Part shown: piece by piece, positions 35,620 through 44,793 of the stretch
How the letters are laid out: each line of letters opens with the position of its first letter
Position numbering within the stretch: the first letter of the stretch is position 1
Origin: an uncultured Chloroflexia bacterium
GTDB lineage: Bacteria; Chloroflexota; Limnocylindria; Limnocylindrales; CSP1-4
Assembly (NCBI GenBank): GCA_963766735.1
Contig: CAVYBU010000018.1
Coordinates: 1 to 56,759 of the forward strand
DNA length: 56,759 nucleotides
Reading direction: 5' to 3'
The notes under the pieces: generated by a model
Database searches by the model: none
The model's input: only the letters and a program-made list of their open reading frames with translations
What the model was told of the DNA's origin: nothing
Translations under genes and position numbers: made by a program

Positions 35620-37598
35620 GCGGCGGCCGCCGCGGGGGCGGTGGCGGCCGCCTCACCCCTCCGTCCGACGACTTCGTCCGCGTTCCGCCCGAACGCCGGG
35701 CACGAACGGCCCGCCGCATCGCCGGGTTCTTCCGGCCGTATCGCTTCCAGGTCGTCGTGGTCCTGGTCGCCATCATCGCGACCAGCCTCATCGGCCTCGT
35801 CAACCCGTACCTGCTCAAGCTGCTGATCGACGACGTCATCGTCGGGGAGCAGTACGACAAGCTCAACCTCTACGTCGCGCTGATGATCCTGCTGCCGATC
35901 GTGACCGGGCTGATCGGGGTGGGACAGTCGTACCTCAACAACCTCATCGGCCAGAGCGTCATGCAGGACCTGCGGAACGCGCTCTACGCCCACCTCCAGC
36001 GCATGCCGCTCCGGTTCTTCACGGCCACGCGCACGGGCGAGATCCAGTCGCGGCTGACAAACGATGTCGGCGGCGTGCAGGCGGTGGTCACCGATACGGC
36101 CGCCTCGATCACGTCCAACGTGGCCGTCGCGCTCTCGACGATGGTCGCGATGTTGCTCCTGAACTGGCAGCTCACGATGCTCAGCCTCGGGATGCTGCCG
36201 TTCTTCCTCTACCTCACCTACCGCGTCGGGAAGGTGAGGCGCGAGGTCAGCGGCGAGACCCAGAAGCGCCTGGCCGAGATGAGCGCCGTCACCGAGGAGA
36301 CCCTGTCGGTCTCGGGGATCCTGCTGGGCAAGACGTTCGGCGCCCAGGAGCGCTCGGTGGTGCGGTTCCAGACGCTGAACCTGGCGCTGGCCAAGCTGCA
36401 GATCCGCCAGGCGATGGTCGGACGCTGGTTCTTCGCGATCATCGGCACGATCTTCTCGATCATGCCCGCGTTCGTGTACTGGCTGGCCGGCATGATGGCC
36501 TCGAACGGCGATCCGTCCGCGCCCACGGCGGGCGACATCGTGGCGTTCACCACGCTGCAGAGCCGGCTCTTCTTCCCGATGGGCCAGCTGCTCAACGTGC
36601 AGGTGGAGATCCAGGGGTCGCTCGCGCTGTTCGATCGGATCTTCGAGTACCTGGACCTGGATCCGGAGATCAGGGACGCGCCCGGCGCCGTGGAGCTGGA
36701 GCCGACGGCCGTGATGGGGGCCGTGGCGTTCGAGGGGGTGTCGTTCCGGTATCCCGCCGATCCTCCGAGGGCTGCGGTCGCGACGGATGGCGACCTGGGC
36801 GATGACTCCCTGGCCGTCGAGGACGATGTGGGGGTCGAAGCCGATGCGGTGGACGAGATCGCGGAGGTGTACCCGGTCACGACATCGCCCTTCGGGCTGG
36901 AGGACGTCTCGTTCGAGGCACGGCCGGGCGAGCTGGTGGCGCTCGTGGGACCCTCGGGCGCGGGCAAGACCACGACCACCTACCTCATCCCCCGCCTGTA
37001 CGACGTGGCGGACGGACGCGTGACCGTCGATGGGCACGATGTCCGGGAGGTCACGCTGGCGTCGCTCGGGCGGCTCATCGGCTTCGTGACCCAGGAGACG
37101 TACCTGTTCCACGCGTCCATCCGCGAGAACCTGCTGTTCGCCCGACCCGACGCGACAGACGAGCAGCTGGAGACGGCGACGCGGGCGGCGGCGATGCACG
37201 AGCGGATCACGGAGCTGCCCGACGGCCTGGACACGATCGTGGGCGAGCGCGGCTACAAGCTCTCGGGCGGCGAGAAGCAGCGGATCGCGATCGCCCGGGT
37301 GCTGCTCAAGGACCCGCGGATCCTGATCCTGGACGAGGCGACGTCCTCGCTGGACACCGTCTCCGAGCGGCTGATCCAGGCGGCGCTGGCACGGCTGACC
37401 GAGGGGCGCACGACGATCGCGATCGCGCACCGCCTGTCGACGATCCTGCGGGCGGACCGGATCCTGGTGTTCGACAAGGGGCGGATCGCGGAACGCGGCA
37501 CGCACCGGGAGCTGCTGGCGGCGGGCGGGCTGTACGCGCGTCTCTACCACGAGCAGTTCGAGGCGGAGGCGGCGGCGCTCGCGGACCTCGGCGCCTAG
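35616..37598 (+). CDS. ABC exporter (TMD + NBD half transporter), inferred CTG start
   Basis: elbow helix RRIAGFFRPYR upstream of listed start 35757; GPSGAGKT, LSGGEKQR, LILDEATS, IAHRLST. Confidence 0.92.
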   Translation: MSGGRRGGGGGRLTPPSDDFVRVPPERRARTARRIAGFFRPYRFQVVVVLVAIIATSLIGLVNPYLLKLLIDDVIVGEQYDKLNLYVALMILLPIVTGLIGVGQSYLNNLIGQSVMQDLRNALYAHLQRMPLRFFTATRTGEIQSRLTNDVGGVQAVVTDTAASITSNVAVALSTMVAMLLLNWQLTMLSLGMLPFFLYLTYRVGKVRREVSGETQKRLAEMSAVTEETLSVSGILLGKTFGAQERSVVRFQTLNLALAKLQIRQAMVGRWFFAIIGTIFSIMPAFVYWLAGMMASNGDPSAPTAGDIVAFTTLQSRLFFPMGQLLNVQVEIQGSLALFDRIFEYLDLDPEIRDAPGAVELEPTAVMGAVAFEGVSFRYPADPPRAAVATDGDLGDDSLAVEDDVGVEADAVDEIAEVYPVTTSPFGLEDVSFEARPGELVALVGPSGAGKTTTTYLIPRLYDVADGRVTVDGHDVREVTLASLGRLIGFVTQETYLFHASIRENLLFARPDATDEQLETATRAAAMHERITELPDGLDTIVGERGYKLSGGEKQRIAIARVLLKDPRILILDEATSSLDTVSERLIQAALARLTEGRTTIAIAHRLSTILRADRILVFDKGRIAERGTHRELLAAGGLYARLYHEQFEAEAAALADLGA

Positions 37599-37697
37599 GG
37601 CCAGGACCCGGCCGCACCCACTACAATCAACGTCTGCTCGCGGGTCCGGACTCGTTTCAACATGGCCTGAGCGCGGGCCGGAGACGCTGACAGTCGT

Positions 37698-38495
37698 ATG
37701 GTCACCATCATCGCCCACCGGGGCGCCCGGAGCCTCGCACCGGAGAACACCCTCGCCGCGGCCCGCAAGGCGCACGAGGCTGGCGCCGATCTGTGGGAGA
37801 CGGACGTCGCGGTCAGTGCAGACGATCAGCTCGTCCTGATGCACGACGACGCGATGATGCGGACGACCGACGTCGCCGACAGGTTCCCGGACCGCGTTCC
37901 CGCGCCGTTCTCGACCTACACCCTGGCCGAGATCCGATCGCTCGACGCCGGGGCCTGGTTCGAACGCGACGATCCGTTTGAACAGGTCGCCGCCGGCGCG
38001 GTCGAGCGCAGCGAGCTGTCCGCCTATGTCGGCGAGAAGGTCCCAACCGTTCGCGAAGCCTTCGAGCTGACGCTCGAGCTGGACTGGTTCCTCAACCTCG
38101 AGCTCAAGGCCCAGCCCAGACCCAAGGATTCCTTCGACGTGGTCGGCGCCGTCCTCGCGCTGGCAGACGACGTTGGGATCGGACCCGAGCATCTCCTGTT
38201 CTCGTCGGCCAGGCACGAATGGCTGAAGGACCTGAAGCACCGCAGGCCCGAGTTCGAGGTCCAGGCCATCCTGGGCCTGTTCCCCCAGGACCCGATCGAC
38301 TTCAGCGACCCGTTCTTCGACACGTTCAATCCCCGGATCACGCGGATCTCGATCGACCAGATCGAACGACAGCTCGCCCGTGGGACCAGGATCAACCCCT
38401 TCGCCGTCAACGATCACGAGACCATCTCCCGGCTCATCGAGATCGGCATCACCGGTCTCATCACGGACTTCCCGCAGCGGGTAACACAGACATGA
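37698..38495 (+). CDS. glycerophosphodiester phosphodiesterase-family protein
   Basis: IAHRGA...PENT, ETDV, MHD, NLELK, ITDFP. Confidence 0.92.
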   Translation: MVTIIAHRGARSLAPENTLAAARKAHEAGADLWETDVAVSADDQLVLMHDDAMMRTTDVADRFPDRVPAPFSTYTLAEIRSLDAGAWFERDDPFEQVAAGAVERSELSAYVGEKVPTVREAFELTLELDWFLNLELKAQPRPKDSFDVVGAVLALADDVGIGPEHLLFSSARHEWLKDLKHRRPEFEVQAILGLFPQDPIDFSDPFFDTFNPRITRISIDQIERQLARGTRINPFAVNDHETISRLIEIGITGLITDFPQRVTQT

Positions 38496-39361
38496 CTTCT
38501 CCCACCACCAGGGCGCCGCACCGGCTCTGCATCGTCAACTGCTATCCGGCGGCCAGCCGCGAGAACTTCGACCGGTCCAACGTCGGTCACCCCCACGACC
38601 TGTTCCAGGACTTCCTGCGGAGGGAAGCCCCCAACGCAACCATCGAGGTCGTCTACGTCGCAGACCCCGACTTCACGCTGCCACCCGGCAAGTCGATCGA
38701 CGACTTCGACGGGTTCATCTGGACGGGATCGGACCTCACCGTCTATCACACGGACGACCCCAGGGTTGCCGCGCAGATCGCCTTCGCGCGAGCGCTCGTG
38801 CAGGCAGGGGCGGCCAGCTGGGGGAGCTGCTGGGGTCTCCAGCTCGCGTCGGTCGTGGCCGGAGGCGAGGTGGCCGCGAACCCTCTCGGCCGCGAGTGGG
38901 GTCTTGCTCGCGACATCCAGCTGACCGACGCCGGGCGAAGCTCGCCGATGCTGGCGGGCAAGCCCGCGGTGTTCGATGCGTTCATCATGCATCTTGATGT
39001 GGTGACGCGCCTGCCTGAAGGCACACCAAGTCTTGCCACCAACACCCACTCACCCATCCAGGCCGCCGTCATCGAGGACGGAGCCGCCGCGTTCTGGAGC
39101 ACCCAGTACCACCCCGAGTACAACCTGTACGAGATGGCGCGCCTGATCGCGGCGAGGGCCAAGGCCCTGGTGCGGGAGGGCCATTTCGCTGATGAAGCGG
39201 CCGTGGCGACCTACGCAGCCAGGATGATGGAGCTCTCCGCCAACCCGGATTCGCAGGAGCTGCGAACGGAGCTCGACATCGGCGACGACATCATCGACCC
39301 GCAGATCCGGGAGCTCGAGCTGCGCAACTGGCTGCGGTTCATCGACTCACGGACCGGGTAG
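38492..39361 (+). CDS. type 1 glutamine amidotransferase-like protein
   Basis: WTGS, GSCWGLQ (Cys), QYHPE (His-Glu); ATGA overlap with GDPD. Confidence 0.88.
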   Translation: MTSPTTRAPHRLCIVNCYPAASRENFDRSNVGHPHDLFQDFLRREAPNATIEVVYVADPDFTLPPGKSIDDFDGFIWTGSDLTVYHTDDPRVAAQIAFARALVQAGAASWGSCWGLQLASVVAGGEVAANPLGREWGLARDIQLTDAGRSSPMLAGKPAVFDAFIMHLDVVTRLPEGTPSLATNTHSPIQAAVIEDGAAAFWSTQYHPEYNLYEMARLIAARAKALVREGHFADEAAVATYAARMMELSANPDSQELRTELDIGDDIIDPQIRELELRNWLRFIDSRTG

Positions 39362-39478
39362 AGGGAACGTCCGTCCGGCCCGCGTGTGTCCGGGCGACCG
39401 TGACCGGACGCGAGGATCGGGGCGGGGTGACCAACTGAGCGAGCCCGGCGGTCCTCCAGCTCAACCACATCCCCCGTA

Positions 39479-39517
39479 GTTGCATGACTATGCATCATCC
39501 ATGTATAGTCATTCCAT
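39479..39517 (+). promoter_or_regulatory. tandem ARG boxes overlapping the arg promoter
   Basis: TGCATGACTATGCA (39481) and TGTATAGTCATTCC (39502), 21 bp apart; TTGCAT-N18-TATAGT promoter; argR in the operon. Confidence 0.88.
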
Positions 39518-39584
39518 GACCACACCCCATCCGGTCTCCGACCCTTCGAGCCTGCCGCCTGCGAGCGGCCGGGCGCGCCCGTGA
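39516..39584 (+). CDS. putative leaderless 22-aa leader peptide coupled to argC
   Basis: ATG 6 nt after TATAGT; MTTPHPVSDPSSLPPASGRARP*; TGA overlaps the argC GTG. Confidence 0.5.
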   Translation: MTTPHPVSDPSSLPPASGRARP

Positions 39585-40693
39585 GCGCGGACTCGAGGGG
39601 TGCGGCGCCGGCGGTCGAGCGCGGCGCGCGCGCCCTCGCGGGGGACCCCGTCCGTGTCGCCATCGTCGGCGCCACCGGGTACGTCGGCGCAGAGCTGATC
39701 CGGCTCCTGGCGCTGCACCCCCACGCGGTGATCACCGGCCTCGTGGGCCGGGAGCGCAAGGGTGATCCCCTCGCGGGAATCCACCCGCACCTGGCCACCC
39801 GGGACCTGCAGGTCCACGACCACGTCCCCGAGGATGCCGAGGCCGTGTTCCTCGCGCTCCCCCACGGCGTGGCCGCCGCGCGCATCGACGAGTGGACGGG
39901 TCCCGGCATGACCGTCATCGACCTGGGGCCGGATTTCCGGTTCCGGGATGCCGCGGACTACCGCACCTGGTACCACGCCGACCATCCACGCCCCGACCTC
40001 CTTGAGGACGCCGTCTATGGCCTGCCGGAACTGCACCGCGCGGAGCTGGCGGCGATCGGCACGAAGCCGGGCGCCATCGTCGGCTCGCCGGGCTGCTACG
40101 CCACCACGACGATCCTCGCCGTCGCCCCTCTCGCCCGTGCGGGCCTGATCGCGGATGTCGTGGTCGACGCCAAGAGCGGCGTCTCGGGTGCGGGCCGGGA
40201 CCCCAAGGCGGACCTCCACTTCGGCGAGGTCAACGAGAGCGTCAAGGCGTACGGCATCTTCACGCACCGCCACATCGGCGAGATCGAGCAGGAGCTGGCC
40301 GGCCAGTCCCCTGCCCCGGACGCCAACCCGGGCGCGCACGGGATCGACTTCCTGCCGCACCTGGTCCCGATGACGCGCGGCATCCTCTCCGCCTGCCACG
40401 TCCGCACCACGCGCCCCGTGACGCAGGCCGAGCTGGACGATCTGTACGCGGCCACCTATGGCGACGAGCCGTTCATCACGGTCTCGCCCACGGCCCCCGC
40501 CACCAAGCACGTCCTGGGCAGCAACGAGTTCCGCGTCTTCTGCCGCCTTGACGAGCGGACCGGCCGCGTGCTTGCGATCGGCGTGCTCGACAACCTGGTG
40601 AAAGGCGCCGCCGGCCAGGCGATCCAGGCCTTCAACGTCGTCCACGGGCTGCCCGAGCCCGCCGGCCTCCTCCAGCTTCCCCTGGCGCCCTGA
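39581..40693 (+). CDS. argC: N-acetyl-gamma-glutamyl-phosphate reductase
   Basis: VGATGYVG, FLALPHG, YGLPE, PGCY, SGVSGAG, DNLVKGAAGQA. Confidence 0.96.
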   Translation: MSADSRGAAPAVERGARALAGDPVRVAIVGATGYVGAELIRLLALHPHAVITGLVGRERKGDPLAGIHPHLATRDLQVHDHVPEDAEAVFLALPHGVAAARIDEWTGPGMTVIDLGPDFRFRDAADYRTWYHADHPRPDLLEDAVYGLPELHRAELAAIGTKPGAIVGSPGCYATTTILAVAPLARAGLIADVVVDAKSGVSGAGRDPKADLHFGEVNESVKAYGIFTHRHIGEIEQELAGQSPAPDANPGAHGIDFLPHLVPMTRGILSACHVRTTRPVTQAELDDLYAATYGDEPFITVSPTAPATKHVLGSNEFRVFCRLDERTGRVLAIGVLDNLVKGAAGQAIQAFNVVHGLPEPAGLLQLPLAP

Positions 40694-40736
40694 CGCGCCC
40701 ACCTCGACTCCCCCACTCCCACCTCGAGGCCCGCCG

Positions 40737-42116
40737 ATGCCCAACCCGCCCGACTCCCTGCTCGCACCGCTTCCCACCGACCTGCCGCCGGTCGAGCGCG
40801 TCTCGCGCATGCCCGCCGGGTTCTCGGCGGCCGGCACCACCGCCGGGATCAAGCCGTCCGGCCGTCCTGACTTCGCGCTCCTCGTCGCGGACGACGGTCC
40901 CGTCCCCACGGCGGCGGTCTTCACCCCGAACCGCTTCGCGGCCGCCCCGGTCCTGCTCTCGCGCGCCAACCTGCGAGCCACCGGCGGCGGGGAGGTGATG
41001 GCCGGGTATGCGCGGGCGATCATCGCCACTTCCGGCAGCGCCAACGCCGCCACCGGGCAGGACGGCGACGCGGACCAGGCGGCCATCGGCGTGGCGGTCG
41101 CCACGGCCCTGGGCGCGGTACCGGAGCAGGTCCTCCACCTCTCGACCGGCATCATTGGCACGCGGCTGCCGGTGGACAAGGTCAGGGCGACCGTCGCCCA
41201 CGTTGCGGCAGGCGGGTTGTCGGCGACGGACGAGGCGCTGTCAGCCGCCGCGGTCTCGCTCCGCACGACAGACTCCACGACGAAGATGGCGACCGTTCGG
41301 GTTGCCCTTCCGGCGGCCGGCGGCGGCGACCCGGTGATGGTCACGGTCTCCGGAATCTGCAAGGGCGTCGGGATGATCCACCCGCGCATGGCCACGATGC
41401 TGGCAGTGATCCTCACGGACGCGACGGCGGATCCGGCCACCCTTCGGACGCTGCTCCGCGCATCGGCTGCCCGGACGTGGAACCAGCTGTCCGTGGACGG
41501 CGACACCAGCACCAACGACACGGTCTTCGTGCTCGCCTCCGGTGCGGCGGGCGCCGCCGACGCGGCGACGAACACCGAGGCGCGCGAGGCACTCTCAACT
41601 GCGATCGAAGCCGTCGCGCGGGACATCGCCAGCCAGCAGGCCCGCGACGGAGAGGGCGCCACGGCGCTCATCACCTGCCAGGTCTCGGGGGCAGCGGACG
41701 ATGCCGATGCCCGGGCGATCGCCCGGGCGGTGATCTCGTCGTCGCTGGTCAAGGCAGCCGTCCACGGCAAGGACGCCAACTGGGGCAGGATCGCCGGCGC
41801 AGCGGGCAACGCGCTCGTCGCGGAGGCGGCCGTCCTCGAGGCGGCCGGGCTGTCCAGAGAGGAGGCGGCCGTTCGGGCGTTCCAGCCGGCCGCCGTGGAC
41901 CCGGCCCGGATGCGGATCGCGATCGCCGGCCACCTCGCCTACGACGGGGCGCTGGGCGGTCCGACCGGCGTGGACAAGGCCGCGGCCCGCCTGTCGATGA
42001 TGGCCGAGGAGGTGCTCATCCGGGTGGACGTCGGGCTCGGCAGCGGCACGGGCGAGGCCTTCGGCTGTCCCCTGACAGAGGCCTACGTCAAGGAGAATGC
42101 GGAGTACACCACGTGA
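40737..42116 (+). CDS. argJ: ornithine acetyltransferase / N-acetylglutamate synthase
   Basis: SGSANAATG, STGIIG, KGVGMIHPRMATML, DGDTSTND, DGEGA, NWGRI, ENAEYTT. Confidence 0.95.
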   Translation: MPNPPDSLLAPLPTDLPPVERVSRMPAGFSAAGTTAGIKPSGRPDFALLVADDGPVPTAAVFTPNRFAAAPVLLSRANLRATGGGEVMAGYARAIIATSGSANAATGQDGDADQAAIGVAVATALGAVPEQVLHLSTGIIGTRLPVDKVRATVAHVAAGGLSATDEALSAAAVSLRTTDSTTKMATVRVALPAAGGGDPVMVTVSGICKGVGMIHPRMATMLAVILTDATADPATLRTLLRASAARTWNQLSVDGDTSTNDTVFVLASGAAGAADAATNTEAREALSTAIEAVARDIASQQARDGEGATALITCQVSGAADDADARAIARAVISSSLVKAAVHGKDANWGRIAGAAGNALVAEAAVLEAAGLSREEAAVRAFQPAAVDPARMRIAIAGHLAYDGALGGPTGVDKAAARLSMMAEEVLIRVDVGLGSGTGEAFGCPLTEAYVKENAEYTT

Positions 42117-42895
42117 GCGAGATCGTCGTCGTCAAGCTCGGCGGCACGACGCTCGCGGACCAGCGGCACCTCCTGGCGGAGGTGGCAGCCGTGGCCCGCA
42201 CGCGCCCGATCGTCCTCGTCCACGGCGGCGGCAAGCGCATGACCGAGTGGCTGGAGCGCCTGGGGGTCCAGTCGCGCTTCGTGAACGGGTTGCGGGTCAC
42301 GGACCCGGCGGCCCTCGAGGTGGCCGCGGCGGTCCTCCGGGGTGTCGTCAACAGCGAGCTGGTCACCACGCTGAGGGACGAGGGCTGCGACGCCGTCGGC
42401 CTCTCGGGCGTGGATGGCGGGCTGCTCATCGGACGCCGCGTCCCGGATGTCGGCCTCGTCGCGACCGTCACGGGCGTGCGCCGCGACCTCATCGATTCGC
42501 TGCTGGTGACCGGGCAGGTTGCGGTGGTCGCGCCGCTGGCCCGCGACCAGGACGGCGTCGTGTGCAACGTGAACGCGGACGACGCCGCGTCCGGGCTCGC
42601 GGCGGGGCTGGGCGCCCGGCAACTCGTGCTCCTGACCGACGTCGACGGTGTCCGCGACGCGACAGGCCAGAAGCTGGACTCCCTCACGATCGCGGAGGCT
42701 GAGGCGCTCATCGCCGACGGCACGATCAGCGGCGGCATGGTGCCCAAGGTGAAGGCAGCCCTCGCGGCACTCGCCTGGGACGGCGCCGAGGCGATCATTG
42801 CGGACGCCGCGGCCCCCGATGCGCTGGTCCGGTCGCTCGCCGATCCGACCTTCGGGACGCGCGTCTCGGCCCACGCCCACGGCGCGTCGGGCTGA
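42113..42895 (+). CDS. argB: acetylglutamate kinase
   Basis: VVKLGG, VHGGG, GLRVT, NVNAD, LTDVDG, GGMVPK; GTGA overlap with argJ. Confidence 0.95.
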   Translation: MSEIVVVKLGGTTLADQRHLLAEVAAVARTRPIVLVHGGGKRMTEWLERLGVQSRFVNGLRVTDPAALEVAAAVLRGVVNSELVTTLRDEGCDAVGLSGVDGGLLIGRRVPDVGLVATVTGVRRDLIDSLLVTGQVAVVAPLARDQDGVVCNVNADDAASGLAAGLGARQLVLLTDVDGVRDATGQKLDSLTIAEAEALIADGTISGGMVPKVKAALAALAWDGAEAIIADAAAPDALVRSLADPTFGTRVSAHAHGASG

Positions 42896-42899
42896 CGTG

Positions 42900-43388
42900 A
42901 TGCTGGTGAAGCGTGAGCGCCACGCCGCGATCCTGCGGCTGGTGACGGCCGGTCCGATCGCCAGCCAGGGCGACCTCGTCACCGAGCTGTCCGCCCTCGG
43001 TTTCGAGGTGACCCAGGCCACGGTGAGCCGCGACGTCGCGGAGCTCGGCCTCGCCAAGGTGATGCGAGGCGATCGCTCGATCTATGTCGTTCCCGAGGCC
43101 CTGGGCGCGGCGCAGAGACCGCCGTCGGACGAGCGGCTGCGGCGCATCCTGGCCGATATCCCGGTCACGGTGGGACGCAGCGGTCTGATCCTGGTCCTGG
43201 AGGGCCAGCCCGGTACCGCGAGCGTCGTCGCCCAGGCGATCGACGAGTCCACGCTCACCGAGCAGGTGGGCACGGTCGCAGGTGACAACACGCTCATCGT
43301 CCTGTTCCCGGACGAACCGGCGCTCGTGCGCTGGCTCGACCGGTTCCTTGCGATCCAGGCGCCGGCGCAGCCGGCGGTTCTCAGTTGA
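42900..43388 (+). CDS. argR: arginine repressor
   Basis: SQGDL, VTQATVSRD, PG.A, GTVAGDNT. Confidence 0.95.
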   Translation: MLVKRERHAAILRLVTAGPIASQGDLVTELSALGFEVTQATVSRDVAELGLAKVMRGDRSIYVVPEALGAAQRPPSDERLRRILADIPVTVGRSGLILVLEGQPGTASVVAQAIDESTLTEQVGTVAGDNTLIVLFPDEPALVRWLDRFLAIQAPAQPAVLS

Positions 43389-43413
43389 GCCCAGATAAGG
43401 AGGACCCGTTCCG

Positions 43414-44679
43414 ATGAAGAAGGTCGTGCTCGCCTACTCCGGTGGACTCGATACGTCCGTTGCCGTCGCATGGCTCAGGGAGAAGTACGGCGTCGACGTG
43501 GTGACCCTCACCGTCGACGTCGGCGGCGGGTCCATCAGGGAGGGCGTGGAGGTTCGCGCGATCAAGGCTGGAGCCTCGCGCGCCTATGTCGTGGACGCGC
43601 GCGAGACCTTTGTCCAGCAGTACGTGTGGCGTGCGCTCCAGGCCAACGCCATCTACCAGGGCGCCTACCCGCTGGCCACCGCGCTCGCCCGTCCGCTGCT
43701 CGCCCAGCTGCTGGTGGAGGTTGCCCACAAGGAGGGCGCGGACGCCGTCGCCCACGGCTGCACCGGCAAGGGCAACGACCAGGTCCGCTTCGACGTCGCC
43801 GTCCACGCGCTCGATCCCGGCCTCGAGGTCGTGGCGCCGATGCGCGTCGGCATGGGCCTGACCCGCGAACAGTCGATCGACTACGCGAACGAGCGCGGCA
43901 TCGAGCTGCCGATCACGAAGTCGTCGCCGTACTCCATCGACGTCAACCTCTGGGGCCGCTCCTGCGAGACCGGCGTCCTCGAGGATCCCTGGGTGACCCC
44001 GCCGGCCGACGCGTACGCGTGGACGGTGGCGCCGTCCGATGCGCCCGACCCCGTCGACGTCGTCATCGGCTTCGAGGGCGGCCTCCCGGTCTCCCTGGAC
44101 GGCGAGGTCCTGGGGTCCGTCGAGCTGGTGGAGCGCCTGCACGACCTGGGTGGCAAGCACGGCGTCGGCCGGATCGACCACGTCGAGGACCGCCTGGTCG
44201 GCATCAAGAGCCGCGAGATCTACGAGGCCCCAGCGGCGACGATCCTGCACACGGCCCATCGCGCCCTCGAAGGCATGGTCCTGTCCAAGGAGCAGCTGCG
44301 GTTCAACCGCCTCGTGGCCGATGAGCTGGCCCAGATCATCTACGACGGCCTCTGGTTCAGCGCCCTCTCGCGTGACCTGCGGGCGTACGCGATGTCGACC
44401 CAGCGCGTGGTGTCGGGCGACGTGCGCATGCGGCTGGACCACGGCCAGGCCTCGGTCGTCGGGCGGCGCTCGCCGCTCTCGCTCTACGACAAGAACCTGG
44501 CCACGTACGACGAGGGCGATGCCTTCGACCACGCGTCGGCCGTCGGGTTCATCGAGATCTTCGGGCTGCCGCTCCGCGTGGAGGCGGCTCGCCACGGGGC
44601 AGTGGGCGAGCACCATGGCGCCGCATGGACGTGGACGGACCCGCTCCTCGCAGACCTGCCGTCCACGATCACCGGCTGA
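43414..44679 (+). CDS. argG: argininosuccinate synthase
   Basis: LAYSGGLDTS, AHGCTGKGNDQVRF, EDRLVGIKSREIYE; AAGGAGG SD. Confidence 0.97.
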   Translation: MKKVVLAYSGGLDTSVAVAWLREKYGVDVVTLTVDVGGGSIREGVEVRAIKAGASRAYVVDARETFVQQYVWRALQANAIYQGAYPLATALARPLLAQLLVEVAHKEGADAVAHGCTGKGNDQVRFDVAVHALDPGLEVVAPMRVGMGLTREQSIDYANERGIELPITKSSPYSIDVNLWGRSCETGVLEDPWVTPPADAYAWTVAPSDAPDPVDVVIGFEGGLPVSLDGEVLGSVELVERLHDLGGKHGVGRIDHVEDRLVGIKSREIYEAPAATILHTAHRALEGMVLSKEQLRFNRLVADELAQIIYDGLWFSALSRDLRAYAMSTQRVVSGDVRMRLDHGQASVVGRRSPLSLYDKNLATYDEGDAFDHASAVGFIEIFGLPLRVEAARHGAVGEHHGAAWTWTDPLLADLPSTITG

Positions 44680-44793
44680 CCGGGCACCCAGGGCCGAGCA
44701 TCGCGACCGGGGCCGGGCGACCCGTCCCCGGTCGGTCGATCGCGCGCGCGCCAGGCGTGCACGGGATTGCCGCGATCACGTAGGGTTGCGCTC

